Shown one piece after another: positions 1-9,798 of a stretch of 64,000 nt of DNA (position 1 is its first letter; each line of letters begins with the position of its first letter). The stretch lies in assembly GCA_002317225.1 (NCBI GenBank), contig DCIW01000195.1:1475-65474 (forward strand). Reading direction: 5' to 3'. A model generated the notes under the pieces. That model was not told where the DNA came from. It saw only the letters and a program-made list of their open reading frames with translations, and did no database searches. The stretch is from Prevotellaceae bacterium UBA1716 (GTDB lineage Bacteria; Bacteroidota; Bacteroidia; Bacteroidales; Bacteroidaceae). The position numbers and the translations under genes are program-made.

Positions 1-170
1 ATTTTCTGTTAAATTCGAATCAGTTCAATGCTTATTATTATCCGACGAATTATCTGTTAGCCGTAGCTGAAACATCATAATTGGATTTTACATAATTATA
101 TGCTTGAGCTATAAGGTACGTATTGTTTATTCCTATCAAAAAAACACTAAATATGTAACTTCAATATGGA

Positions 171-902
171 TCAGAATCCAAATATCTGTTGATTCTCATG
201 CACTTGTACCATTGCACGGAAGACAAAGAAATCAGTAGGGGTTGTAATCTTAATATTTTCCACTGGACCTTCGATCAAGCCTAATTTCATGCCATAATAA
301 CTCATCATAGAGCATGAATCAATAAAATCGCCTTTGCCTTCTGCTTGGCTTTTGCGATGTGCACAGATGATGTCATTAAGATAAAAACTCTGAGGAGCAC
401 GTGCCATCTTGCAGTCACTACGCTTTGGGATGTCAAGAGAACCATCATGCTGATCAACGATAACAGTCTCTATTGCTGGCACACAAGTGATACAACTGCC
501 GCACTCCTTCACTTTTGCGATATTGTCAGTTATTGTAGTGTCTGTAATGAGAGGACGCACACCATCATGAATAAGCACGATAGCATTCTCATCGCCTTGC
601 TCATGTATATACGACTCTGCCGCACACAGTCCCTTATAAATGGAATCCTGCCCACTAACACCACCTGGTACTACTTTCACAACCTTATTGATCTCGAATT
701 TGCGTAGCATCTTTTCGAGGAAAGGAATCCATGACTCCAAGCATACCACCACAACACCATCAATCTCGGGATGATTGTCGAACAACTCTATAGTATAAAT
801 GATAATTGGTTTACCATTCAACTCCAGGAACTGCTTTGGACGGCTCTTCGTATTCATTCTTGAGCCCACTCCACCAGCGAATATGACTGCTATATTCTTC
901 AT
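171..902 (-). CDS. IspD/TarI-family sugar-phosphate cytidylyltransferase (CDP-ribitol / CDP-alditol synthase-like)
   Basis: 243 aa ORF. The N-terminal AVIFAGGVGSRM...KQF nucleotide-binding signature and overall layout match IspD/TarI cytidylyltransferases. It sits next to a LicD gene in a glycan locus. Confidence 0.75.
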   Translation of the reverse strand: MKNIAVIFAGGVGSRMNTKSRPKQFLELNGKPIIIYTIELFDNHPEIDGVVVVCLESWIPFLEKMLRKFEINKVVKVVPGGVSGQDSIYKGLCAAESYIHEQGDENAIVLIHDGVRPLITDTTITDNIAKVKECGSCITCVPAIETVIVDQHDGSLDIPKRSDCKMARAPQSFYLNDIICAHRKSQAEGKGDFIDSCSMMSYYGMKLGLIEGPVENIKITTPTDFFVFRAMVQVHENQQIFGF

Positions 903-911
903 ATAAAAATA

Positions 912-1703
912 TTAAAAAGGACAATTGCCGTTTCCGGTCCAATAGGCTTCCATGTCGTGGGTTACCTGCTTTTCTTTTGGAGGCAATTTCATATAATCTC
1001 CATAACAACGAGAAAGGAATGTGTCATAATCTTTGACAGACTTAAACACGCAATCTTCGAATTGGTAATCACCAATCTCCTCAAACAAAGTGATTTCATA
1101 TGGTTTGGCATATAAAGTTGGCCATACGGCATTTATCACTTTGCCTGAATGTGGAACGCTTTGAGCTATTTGAGATATCTTATGTGCTATTGACTGTTGG
1201 CTCTTGAATAAGAACAAGAAATGTATGAGATTACGCAATATACTCTTCTTGTCAAGCCCCCATTTAAGTGGGCCACGAGCAACCATAATCTTTTTCCACA
1301 TGAAAGTCCTATCATAGCTTTGCTTGGTATAGTTGTCCATCGGGAACACATCAACCCAAAGCCCTTGTTCACGATTTTCACCATAGGTCTTGGCAAGTGT
1401 GTTCTTGCTTATTACTTTACCGAATGGTGTAAGTGAATTGCCGTGTTCAATAGACTCCCATGCCAGGTCGTTTCGTATCGATTCCGTCTTGAGCAATTCA
1501 TTTAACTTCATGTAATCTTCACGAAGCATCATTACATCTATGTCATCGTCCCAAGGTATGAAGCCCTTATGGCGGACTGCACCCAACAATGTCCCAAATG
1601 CGAGATAATACCGCAGCCTATGCTTTTTGCAAAAAGCATCGAACCCTTTGAGAATATCGAGTTCTATCGCTTTAATCTGCTTATTTGTTAACCTTTGACT
1701 CAT
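912..1703 (-). CDS. LicD-family phosphotransferase (phosphocholine / alditol-phosphate transferase)
   Basis: 263 aa ORF with the LicD core motifs YYLAFGTLLGAVRHKGFIPWDDDIDVMM. Its start overlaps the stop of the next gene by 4 nt. Confidence 0.75.
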   Translation of the reverse strand: MSQRLTNKQIKAIELDILKGFDAFCKKHRLRYYLAFGTLLGAVRHKGFIPWDDDIDVMMLREDYMKLNELLKTESIRNDLAWESIEHGNSLTPFGKVISKNTLAKTYGENREQGLWVDVFPMDNYTKQSYDRTFMWKKIMVARGPLKWGLDKKSILRNLIHFLFLFKSQQSIAHKISQIAQSVPHSGKVINAVWPTLYAKPYEITLFEEIGDYQFEDCVFKSVKDYDTFLSRCYGDYMKLPPKEKQVTHDMEAYWTGNGNCPF

Positions 1704-2758
1704 TGTGTTTCTTTTGATAATTGTTCGTAAATAGAACCCAACTGCTTGTTGATATTCTGAATATTAAACAATCCTGATACATATCTATCAGTAGTTTGTA
1801 CCATTTGCTCTCGTAGCGAAGGATCGGACATCAATATGTCTAATTTGTTTGCCATGGCTTCGATATCCCCAACAGGGAATACAAGTGCCTCTTCGCCATC
1901 ACGAACAATGTCGGGCATTCCACCAACAGGAGTAACTACACAAGGCAAGCCGTATGCCCAAGCATCAAGGACTCCCATTGGAAATCCTTCACCATAACTT
2001 GGCAAGCAATAGATAGAGGACTCATTGAACGCACGGTCTTTGTCTGTACCACTTATCCAGCCTAACCATTTTACTTGTTTGCCCACCCCAAGTTCGTCTG
2101 CAAGTTTCTTACCGCCATCAATATCGCCATGACCAGCAATGATTAGTTGCCAATCTGGATACTTTGTAGATAGTTTTGAAAATGCCTGAACCAAATCTAA
2201 ATATCCTTTCCGTTTTAGTAATTGACCTGCAAATAATAATTGTTTTTTCTTGTTTGTAACATCCCTTTTGACCGTAGGACAAGGATTAAATAGGACTCGC
2301 ATTTTGCTGTCCTCAAAACCAATATACTCTTTAATCCAGCGTTTCCACTGCTCAGAAAGCACCAAAATAACATCTGCATTCTCAAAAAGGTACCTAAATC
2401 GCGGCTTATCCTCTTCGTTTTGCAACACATGAGGACCTGGCGGATGGAAATGGATTATCGTCTTCTTGTGCCATTTCTTCGCCCATTTCATGTAGAAGCA
2501 CTTTCGTTTCAATGACATGCCAAATGACACATGCATGTGATATATATTATAAAAAGGAGCAAAAATAAAGAACTGAATTAGCCCCAAAATCAGATATATT
2601 CCCTTTCTCCATTTATATCCACCTCGATGTGTCGCAATCCAGTGGCAGTGGTATTCTGCCCACTGTTTGCCTGTCCTATGAGCTTTTATTACGGATGTAA
2701 TTCCGCCTCGGGTAAAACGGGACGTGCCTATAATGAGTACTTTAGTCATAAATATCAA
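1700..2758 (-). CDS. Glycosyltransferase, GT4 (GT-B fold)
   Basis: 352 aa. The C-terminal EGFPMGVLDAWAYGLPCVVTPVGGMPDIV resembles the EX7E region of GT4 enzymes. Confidence 0.7.
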   Translation of the reverse strand: MIFMTKVLIIGTSRFTRGGITSVIKAHRTGKQWAEYHCHWIATHRGGYKWRKGIYLILGLIQFFIFAPFYNIYHMHVSFGMSLKRKCFYMKWAKKWHKKTIIHFHPPGPHVLQNEEDKPRFRYLFENADVILVLSEQWKRWIKEYIGFEDSKMRVLFNPCPTVKRDVTNKKKQLLFAGQLLKRKGYLDLVQAFSKLSTKYPDWQLIIAGHGDIDGGKKLADELGVGKQVKWLGWISGTDKDRAFNESSIYCLPSYGEGFPMGVLDAWAYGLPCVVTPVGGMPDIVRDGEEALVFPVGDIEAMANKLDILMSDPSLREQMVQTTDRYVSGLFNIQNINKQLGSIYEQLSKETQ

Positions 2759-2808
2759 ATCACTAAGTGCATAAATAAATTAAGCATCCACTATTAAAAA
2801 GAAATACT

Positions 2809-3789
2809 TCACACTATAATCTTAACGATTTTTTTTGAAATTATATTCACAATAACCGAGAAAAATATGCAAATAAAAGTTCCGATCACATAAAATAGTA
2901 AAAGTGACGGGTCCAATTGTAAAATAAAACCAAATATTAAATTTGGCAGTATCAAAACATTAGTAGCATATGATTCCAAAGATATGTTCCCCCAAAAGGA
3001 TAATGCGGCATGAACTGCATAAGATCTTAACCTACCTATTAGAATGGCACATATAGTCATAACAGGTATTCCCTGTGTCCAAAACAAACTAAATCTAGTA
3101 CCACACTTATGATTTAGAATGAAAAATATGGAATATGCAATCAATGGCATAATAACAAATAACATTATATTGCCTTTCTTACCTTCCTTAATCTCTTTTG
3201 CCAATGTATAGCCTATAAAATAACTTGGCCAGCGTTGCACAATAAATTGCCAATTATGAGCTAACGAACTCTTACCCAAATCAATATAAGCAAAGGCCAA
3301 AGAGGAAATAACAAGCAAAACAAGCCACACCCACCTTATTTTACATGTCAGCGGTCTATGTATTAATGGCGTAATCAAATACAAGAACAAGCTACAGGAG
3401 ACATACCACAAAGCAAGTTTTCCAAACAAATAACTAAAACCTGACAATTTCAGCAAAAAGCCACCAAAGCTGTCTCCTCCATAGATTATATTCAATGGTA
3501 CAATAAAAAAAGCGACGGGTAAAACTATCCTTATATAACGTTTGTAGTACCATTGTAAAAGACTTAGTCCCTTTGATTTATATGAACTATAAGAATTATA
3601 GATTCCTAATCCGGAAAGAAACAAGAAAATATCACAACCAATACCCCCATTCCCTAATATTGTTGCCAACCACTCGGGCATAACAACACCCCTGGAAGGA
3701 GCATGGCATATTATTATGAGTAGTGCAGCCACTCCCATCAATTCTGTTCTACATTTACTAAAGAGTTTTAATTCGAATGTACTATTCAT
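2809..3789 (-). CDS. Integral-membrane acyltransferase (acyltransferase_3 family)
   Basis: 326 aa, about 10 hydrophobic segments. The N-terminal region GVAALLIIICH is typical of O-acyltransferase 3 proteins. Confidence 0.6.
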   Translation of the reverse strand: MNSTFELKLFSKCRTELMGVAALLIIICHAPSRGVVMPEWLATILGNGGIGCDIFLFLSGLGIYNSYSSYKSKGLSLLQWYYKRYIRIVLPVAFFIVPLNIIYGGDSFGGFLLKLSGFSYLFGKLALWYVSCSLFLYLITPLIHRPLTCKIRWVWLVLLVISSLAFAYIDLGKSSLAHNWQFIVQRWPSYFIGYTLAKEIKEGKKGNIMLFVIMPLIAYSIFFILNHKCGTRFSLFWTQGIPVMTICAILIGRLRSYAVHAALSFWGNISLESYATNVLILPNLIFGFILQLDPSLLLFYVIGTFICIFFSVIVNIISKKIVKIIV

Positions 3790-4622
3790 TTGTCATTATA
3801 CAAACAGAAAAAATCTTTTGGAACACGATCTTGTTTTAAATGTAATTGATCACAAAAATCAGTATCATTTAAATACTGAATACTATCAAAATATCCAGAA
3901 AGCAGTGTTGTTTGGAAATGAGGATTTGATGAAAAGACTTCAGCCACTGCCTCTTTCAAAGATTCACGCATTGGACCGGAAAGCAATCTAAATCCTACTC
4001 CATTAGCCTCACATAGTTGCTTAGTTCTTAACAAATACTTATATTGGATAGGTGATATACCCACTCCCCTATCTTGCGTTTGATGTAATACTGGAACATA
4101 TGGGGTTAGCTGATACCATCTTTGATTACACAACTTAGAAAATGACTCTCCATTCAAATACTCCACTTCTTCTTTATCAAGATATCCTATAAATTCGTCA
4201 TTAAAAAAGTTCTTTGTGAAAGTACTATAGAAGAGCCCCCCCTCCATTGTATTTGTCCAACATAGAGGGTTGAGAATCAACACAACTTCTTCTGGCAACT
4301 GTTCCTTATTATTCTCAAAGAAATTAGCACAAAGCAGATAATGTCCAACAGGAGTAATGGCAACTGTTGCAGCCAAGCAATACACACACGAATCCTTGCA
4401 ATCTCCATACAAAGAAGTCCCAACGCTATCGCCTAAAACAAGTTTCTTGACTTTGATATGTTTTCTTGATCGAATAATTGACTCTGTAACTTTGTAATCA
4501 GCATTGTTAAGGAAATTGTATCCTGATTTATTTATAAAGTAATATAATATATTGCCAGACACATATACCAAAGCACATGCAATCACTGAAAAGATTGCTA
4601 TTTGTATAATAAATCTTTTCAT
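3786..4622 (-). CDS. SGNH/GDSL-like protein with an N-terminal membrane anchor, probable periplasmic partner of the adjacent MBOAT
   Basis: 278 aa with one N-terminal TM helix. It has a GDS motif (LVLGDSVGTS) and a C-terminal DxxH (CDQLH). It is translationally coupled to neighbours and arranged as in AlgI/AlgJ or DltB/DltD pairs. Confidence 0.4.
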   Translation of the reverse strand: MKRFIIQIAIFSVIACALVYVSGNILYYFINKSGYNFLNNADYKVTESIIRSRKHIKVKKLVLGDSVGTSLYGDCKDSCVYCLAATVAITPVGHYLLCANFFENNKEQLPEEVVLILNPLCWTNTMEGGLFYSTFTKNFFNDEFIGYLDKEEVEYLNGESFSKLCNQRWYQLTPYVPVLHQTQDRGVGISPIQYKYLLRTKQLCEANGVGFRLLSGPMRESLKEAVAEVFSSNPHFQTTLLSGYFDSIQYLNDTDFCDQLHLKQDRVPKDFFCLYNDK

Positions 4623-4628
4623 GCGTAG

Positions 4629-6068
4629 TTAAAATTTGAAATAGATGAAATCAGCCGGTTTGCCTTGATAATACACAATAGTAAGTATTAACAATAGATA
4701 TACTCCCCATCTGACAACTTTATAGTTGCTAAAATTAATCAATGGGAATTCCTCTTTACGCTGTTTCCATTCAAAAGCAAACATAATAACAGCGAATACC
4801 ATTGAAGGTAGCGCCCACATGACACCAGCTGGTTTGCTTAATAAAGAAGGAGAACACACCTTTGCCATATACATACCGGCTTCACTGATGCTCTCACAAC
4901 GGAAAATAATCCATCCAACCGTTATAAGCATAAACACAAGAACAACATTAAATATGTCTTTCCATTTGTATGGGGCATCATCCCTTTTCTTGTAAACAAT
5001 ATTTACATTGGGATTATATTCTTCTCTTTTGATCAATGATGGTAAGAAGAGTAATGCATGAAATATTCCCCAGACCACAAACGTCCAATTCGCTCCATGC
5101 CATAAACCACTAACTAAAAAAACAATAAAGGTATTTCTAATCACAATTGATTTTGCGCAACGGCTTCCTCCCAAAGGAAAATAGATATAATATCTAAACC
5201 ATCCTAATAACGACATGTGCCAGCGATTCCAGAATTCTGCAACAGAACGAGAGAAATAAGGATAATGGAAATTACGAGTAATACGAATTCCCAAAAGCTT
5301 TCCCACTCCTATTGCCATATCAGAATAACCTGAAAAATCAGCATATATCTGTATGCTGTACATAATAGCGACAATAAATAATGTACTACCTGTTGAAGTA
5401 GCGATATCTCGAGATATAAATAATGATAAGCCATCAGCTACCACCATTTTTTTAAACATTCCCCATAATAACTGCTGACATCCTTCAACTCCAAGTGAAT
5501 ACTCAAACTTACGAGGTTTCCATAGTTGAGGAATGAAGGTTACAGATCTATCTATCGGTCCTGACAATATACAAGGGAAGAAACTTATGTATGTTGCAAC
5601 GTCAATGAATGAAGCGCTTATCATCTTTTTTTGACGTATATCTATCAAGTAACTCAACATTCTAAATGTAAAAAATGATATTCCTAACGGCATTATTATG
5701 TCAAACACATAACAATTGGATATCAATCCTATCTTATAAAAGAGCGTTTCAAAACTTAGAATAAAGAAATTGAGATACTTAAAATAAAACAAAAGACCTA
5801 CGCCATATATAATACCTATAATAACAAATTTATTAGCTGTCTCCTCACGCTTTTGCACCATACACATCTCTATCATAGTGCCCAACCACCAAATGACAAA
5901 AATACTAACTGCCATTAATATCAGCATTCGCCAATCCGCATTACCATAAAAGAACATACTTGAAAGCAGCAGAATAAAATTCTGTGCTTTCGCAGACTTT
6001 TGACTGATATAATATAATAGAAATACTATTATGAAAAAGAAAAGAAACGGTATGGAGTTTATGGTCAT
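4629..6068 (-). CDS. MBOAT-family membrane O-acyltransferase (AlgI/DltB-like)
   Basis: 479 aa polytopic protein with the MBOAT signatures WNRWHMSL...YFPLGGSR and SGLWHGANW. Confidence 0.8.
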   Translation of the reverse strand: MTINSIPFLFFFIIVFLLYYISQKSAKAQNFILLLSSMFFYGNADWRMLILMAVSIFVIWWLGTMIEMCMVQKREETANKFVIIGIIYGVGLLFYFKYLNFFILSFETLFYKIGLISNCYVFDIIMPLGISFFTFRMLSYLIDIRQKKMISASFIDVATYISFFPCILSGPIDRSVTFIPQLWKPRKFEYSLGVEGCQQLLWGMFKKMVVADGLSLFISRDIATSTGSTLFIVAIMYSIQIYADFSGYSDMAIGVGKLLGIRITRNFHYPYFSRSVAEFWNRWHMSLLGWFRYYIYFPLGGSRCAKSIVIRNTFIVFLVSGLWHGANWTFVVWGIFHALLFLPSLIKREEYNPNVNIVYKKRDDAPYKWKDIFNVVLVFMLITVGWIIFRCESISEAGMYMAKVCSPSLLSKPAGVMWALPSMVFAVIMFAFEWKQRKEEFPLINFSNYKVVRWGVYLLLILTIVYYQGKPADFIYFKF

Positions 6069-7369
6069 ATTTGTTCTATATCATTTAGTAATATAGTTTT
6101 CAAATTCTCTTGGCGATCTAATAATCTTCTTAAATTTTCATCATACTTGTTACACATCAAATCCACAAATATCTTTAAGTCATCGCTATTTACGTAATCA
6201 ATATCTATCGAATAGTTTTCAAATCCTATATTCTTCATATATTCGCGAAGCTTATACAGATAATTAACAGCAATAATTGGACGACCTCCTGCTCCAGAAC
6301 ATAATATAGCTGCATGCATACGTGTTACTATTGAAAACTGACAGGCAGAGAATAGCGTAGCCATTTCTATTGGAGTTAAAAGACGTTGTATACAGTATGC
6401 TTTTTCTTTATTTTTCATTTTGGATAATATTCTATTGCCAATTTCCACGTCATCAATGTGTCCATTTACCACTGTCGGAGTAAAGACTATTTGCTTATTA
6501 TATTTTTCGACAATATAATCTAAGGTCTCTGCAATGGCCTTCTCGTAACCTTCTTGCCGTACAGGTCCTTTTGCTTTTCTAAATTTCCAAGGAATTACAG
6601 AAACACCGACGAATCCACTAGTTAGTTCAAATTCGTTTAATAACGAATTTAAAAGTTTCATATTTGTATTCTGCAAAAGCGCTATGTCATAAGAGTCGAA
6701 TTGACATGGTACTTTACATTTCCACTCTTTTAAAATATCATATGATTTTTGATCTCTAACAAAAATTGCATAACTATTATTTAATACCTTTTTTGCTACT
6801 GATATAGTGCTTCTATAGAAAACTGGACCTATAGTAAGAGACATGTGCACTAATTTCTTGCCCATCTTAACATAGGTTCCTATTGCATACAAGGAGAGAA
6901 GTGCAGTCTTATAGTATATATCATTTATACGTTCCGCACCAATACAATAAATATATTCAGCAGCCTCTACTTCCTGAAGATTCATTTTTCTTCTACCACA
7001 AAACGCCCAACTTATGTTTGTGAAAAAAAGAAGTAGCACTCTACTATAAACTATCCATCCAAAAACCTGTAGCATCCAAAAAAACTTCTTTATGCTATCA
7101 CCTTTTGGAGTAGGGAAAAGGTCATTAATAACTTCTACTCCATCTATTAAGGAATCAATTACCAAGGTTTTTCTTACGCTCTCCTTATCCAAACAAAAAA
7201 CCGTAATATGGCATCCAGGATGCTTCTTTTTCACAATTCTTATGGCATTTTCTATTAATGCCATAGAACCTATATTATTTGCAGATCCTCCTTCTGCTAT
7301 TATTACTTTCATGTCAAATATATTCTTTGAATAATTATTACTCAAGAGATAATCAAAAGTAACTAACAA
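6065..7369 (-). CDS. Polysaccharide pyruvyl transferase family protein (WcaK/CsaB-like)
   Basis: 434 aa. The N-terminal GGSANNIGSMALIENA and C-terminal VTRMHAAILCSG...PIIAVNYLYK resemble the PS_pyruv_trans family. It overlaps the MBOAT gene by 4 nt. Confidence 0.55.
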   Translation of the reverse strand: MLVTFDYLLSNNYSKNIFDMKVIIAEGGSANNIGSMALIENAIRIVKKKHPGCHITVFCLDKESVRKTLVIDSLIDGVEVINDLFPTPKGDSIKKFFWMLQVFGWIVYSRVLLLFFTNISWAFCGRRKMNLQEVEAAEYIYCIGAERINDIYYKTALLSLYAIGTYVKMGKKLVHMSLTIGPVFYRSTISVAKKVLNNSYAIFVRDQKSYDILKEWKCKVPCQFDSYDIALLQNTNMKLLNSLLNEFELTSGFVGVSVIPWKFRKAKGPVRQEGYEKAIAETLDYIVEKYNKQIVFTPTVVNGHIDDVEIGNRILSKMKNKEKAYCIQRLLTPIEMATLFSACQFSIVTRMHAAILCSGAGGRPIIAVNYLYKLREYMKNIGFENYSIDIDYVNSDDLKIFVDLMCNKYDENLRRLLDRQENLKTILLNDIEQI

Positions 7370-7375
7370 ATGTTT

Positions 7376-8362
7376 TTATCTATTTTGTACCCCAATACGT
7401 TCAAAGCGCTTTTTCATTAAAAATGGATATATTTGAGGCCAAACCATAAAAATAAAAGCGCGACGCTTCTCACGAAATGGAACATCTGCAAAGAATGCTT
7501 TATAAGCATTTTTACGGGTATATGAAAGATATTCCTTGTGCAAATTAGGAAATTCCTTTTGAGCTTGCCCCAAAACGATGAAATTATACATGTCGCTATA
7601 AGTATGCCAGATAGCATACTCCCATGCTTTAAGAACAGCCGTTGATGGACTAATTAAGTTTTCTTTTATACGATATAATGCTTGAATACCACAAATAACC
7701 TTATTGACATTAAATTTGGTCATTGCACTATTTGAATTATCACGACGATAATAATACAGTTTTTTATGCCCAACAACAATCTTATTGGCTCTTTGGAAAG
7801 TATAACAAGCAAAATTAAAACCTTCACCTATAAAAATATCCTCAAAAAAACGTAGATTATCAGCCAAAAAAGAACGCCTGAATAATTTACAATAGCAACC
7901 GATCGGTATTTTATAATATAACTCTCGAATAACGGCCTTTTCGGGTGATAAAACTTCTATATAGTCTCTATCAATTTGTTGGGTGCGAAAAGTTGTAAAA
8001 TGACCAGCACTTAATGCGATATCAGCATCATGTTTAATTGCTAATTCAAGAAAATAAGACACGTATTCTGAATCCACATAATCATCCGCATCAACAAAGC
8101 AAACATACTCGCCTGTAGAAGCGTCAATTCCAGTATTTCTGGCAGCACTAACTCCTCCATTACGTTTATGGATCACCTTTATTCGAGAATCTTTCTCTGC
8201 ATAAAGGTCTGCTATCAAACCAGAATCATCTGGTGAACCATCATCAACTAATATTATTTCAATATTTTTATGTGTCTGATTTTGCACAGACTCAATACAT
8301 TGGGGCAAATAAGATGCCACATTGTACATTGGGGCAATAATCGAAACTTTAATATTTTCCAT
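7376..8362 (-). CDS. Glycosyltransferase, GT2
   Basis: 328 aa with VSIIAPMYNVASYLPQCIESV...ILVDDGSPDDS and the DADD motif of GT2 enzymes. Confidence 0.8.
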   Translation of the reverse strand: MENIKVSIIAPMYNVASYLPQCIESVQNQTHKNIEIILVDDGSPDDSGLIADLYAEKDSRIKVIHKRNGGVSAARNTGIDASTGEYVCFVDADDYVDSEYVSYFLELAIKHDADIALSAGHFTTFRTQQIDRDYIEVLSPEKAVIRELYYKIPIGCYCKLFRRSFLADNLRFFEDIFIGEGFNFACYTFQRANKIVVGHKKLYYYRRDNSNSAMTKFNVNKVICGIQALYRIKENLISPSTAVLKAWEYAIWHTYSDMYNFIVLGQAQKEFPNLHKEYLSYTRKNAYKAFFADVPFREKRRAFIFMVWPQIYPFLMKKRFERIGVQNR

Positions 8363-8364
8363 AC

Positions 8365-9498
8365 TTAAACGTTGTTTTTTAAAAAAGTATAAACAGCGTG
8401 ACCATTTTTTATAAAATCAAAATGCTTCTTTCCAACTTCATAACCATTATGCCCTATATAATTGGCATAATCCACATTTCGCGATAAATTTAGCATAGCT
8501 TCCGAATAAGCTTCAACCGAATAATCGACTATTAATGCAGATTCCTTATCAACAAAATAATATGGAATTTCTCCAACTTCACTTGTTATTATAGGCCTAC
8601 CAGTTGAAACATATTCCGCTATTTTTTGAGAAAAGCGAGCATGATCTGCCACTGAATTTGGATCAAGGGGAATCAACAAAGCAAGAGAAGTCAAGTATAT
8701 ATTAAATAATTCCTCGTCAGAAATCTGTTGTTTAACTTCAATCATTGACTCGAGATTCAATGATTGAATTTTAACAAGCGCTCTATTCATTGCAGATTTT
8801 CTTCCATACAAAACAAGTATTAGTTTTTGACGTCCTCCGCTTTCAACGAATTTTTTATAAGCTTCTAAAAGATTTACTAAGACTCGGTAATAAGCAGCAC
8901 CAGCACAATATGAAAAGTGTCCAAAAGAAATTCCTCTTTGTAACTCAATTCGTTCAAAATCAGACAATACCGGAATTATATGCATTGGCAACGAAAAATG
9001 TTCATATTTATTCCACAAAAAATGACTTATTGGGAAGAACGCATCTAAAAAAACACCATACCAATGTGTGCATATATAGGCAGCAATCCTCTCGCTCAAT
9101 GTTTTCCCAAATAAACTAGGTTCCCATTCTTGAGTCATCCAAACACATTTATAACCTATCATTTTGGCGAATAAAAGTTGAATCAAATAAACTTGCCATC
9201 GTCCTCCAACAAACAAGATATTCTTTTCACTTTTACTTTTAAGACTTGCCAACAAAGATAGTAATTTGCCTATATTGAATATAATTCTAAAAAATGTTCC
9301 TTTAGGAAATAAAAAACAATCAAAACCATGGTGATGTTTAACACAAAAATTTTCCACCTCGGAACCTTCAACTCCATTGATAAAAGTAACCTTAGCACCA
9401 CATCTTGCAAGTCCTCTTGCAAGAAAGTCCGCTTTTGTATTTGAAGCACTGAACTTTATAGGAAAAGATTGGGTACAATGCGAAAAAACAATATTCAT
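8365..9498 (-). CDS. Glycosyltransferase, GT-B fold (GT4-like)
   Basis: 377 aa soluble protein in a glycan locus. The C-terminal half (FSQKIAEYVSTGRPIITSEVGEIPYY) resembles GT4 nucleotide-sugar binding regions. Confidence 0.5.
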   Translation of the reverse strand: MNIVFSHCTQSFPIKFSASNTKADFLARGLARCGAKVTFINGVEGSEVENFCVKHHHGFDCFLFPKGTFFRIIFNIGKLLSLLASLKSKSEKNILFVGGRWQVYLIQLLFAKMIGYKCVWMTQEWEPSLFGKTLSERIAAYICTHWYGVFLDAFFPISHFLWNKYEHFSLPMHIIPVLSDFERIELQRGISFGHFSYCAGAAYYRVLVNLLEAYKKFVESGGRQKLILVLYGRKSAMNRALVKIQSLNLESMIEVKQQISDEELFNIYLTSLALLIPLDPNSVADHARFSQKIAEYVSTGRPIITSEVGEIPYYFVDKESALIVDYSVEAYSEAMLNLSRNVDYANYIGHNGYEVGKKHFDFIKNGHAVYTFLKNNV

Positions 9499-9798
9499 TA
9501 TTTCAAGTTAATCTAGAAAAAAACGGATTAGATTATTGAATATTTATTTATTATATTTATCAAATAGTAATTAAGACGTCCAAGGAGATGAAATCATGAA
9601 GCTTATAAGTGCTGAATTTAGTTTATTTGAAACTATAAGCAACTTGACTAGTAAATGATTTCCCCTTCTGGTACAACTGTTCCTACATCTCCAAAAGAAG
9701 CAAATTGCAATACTTTGGCAAGAGAGAAATCAACCTTAATTTACAAAGCATGATTACAAACGAGATTTCAAGCTAAATGTTACTAAATTTGATTTGTT

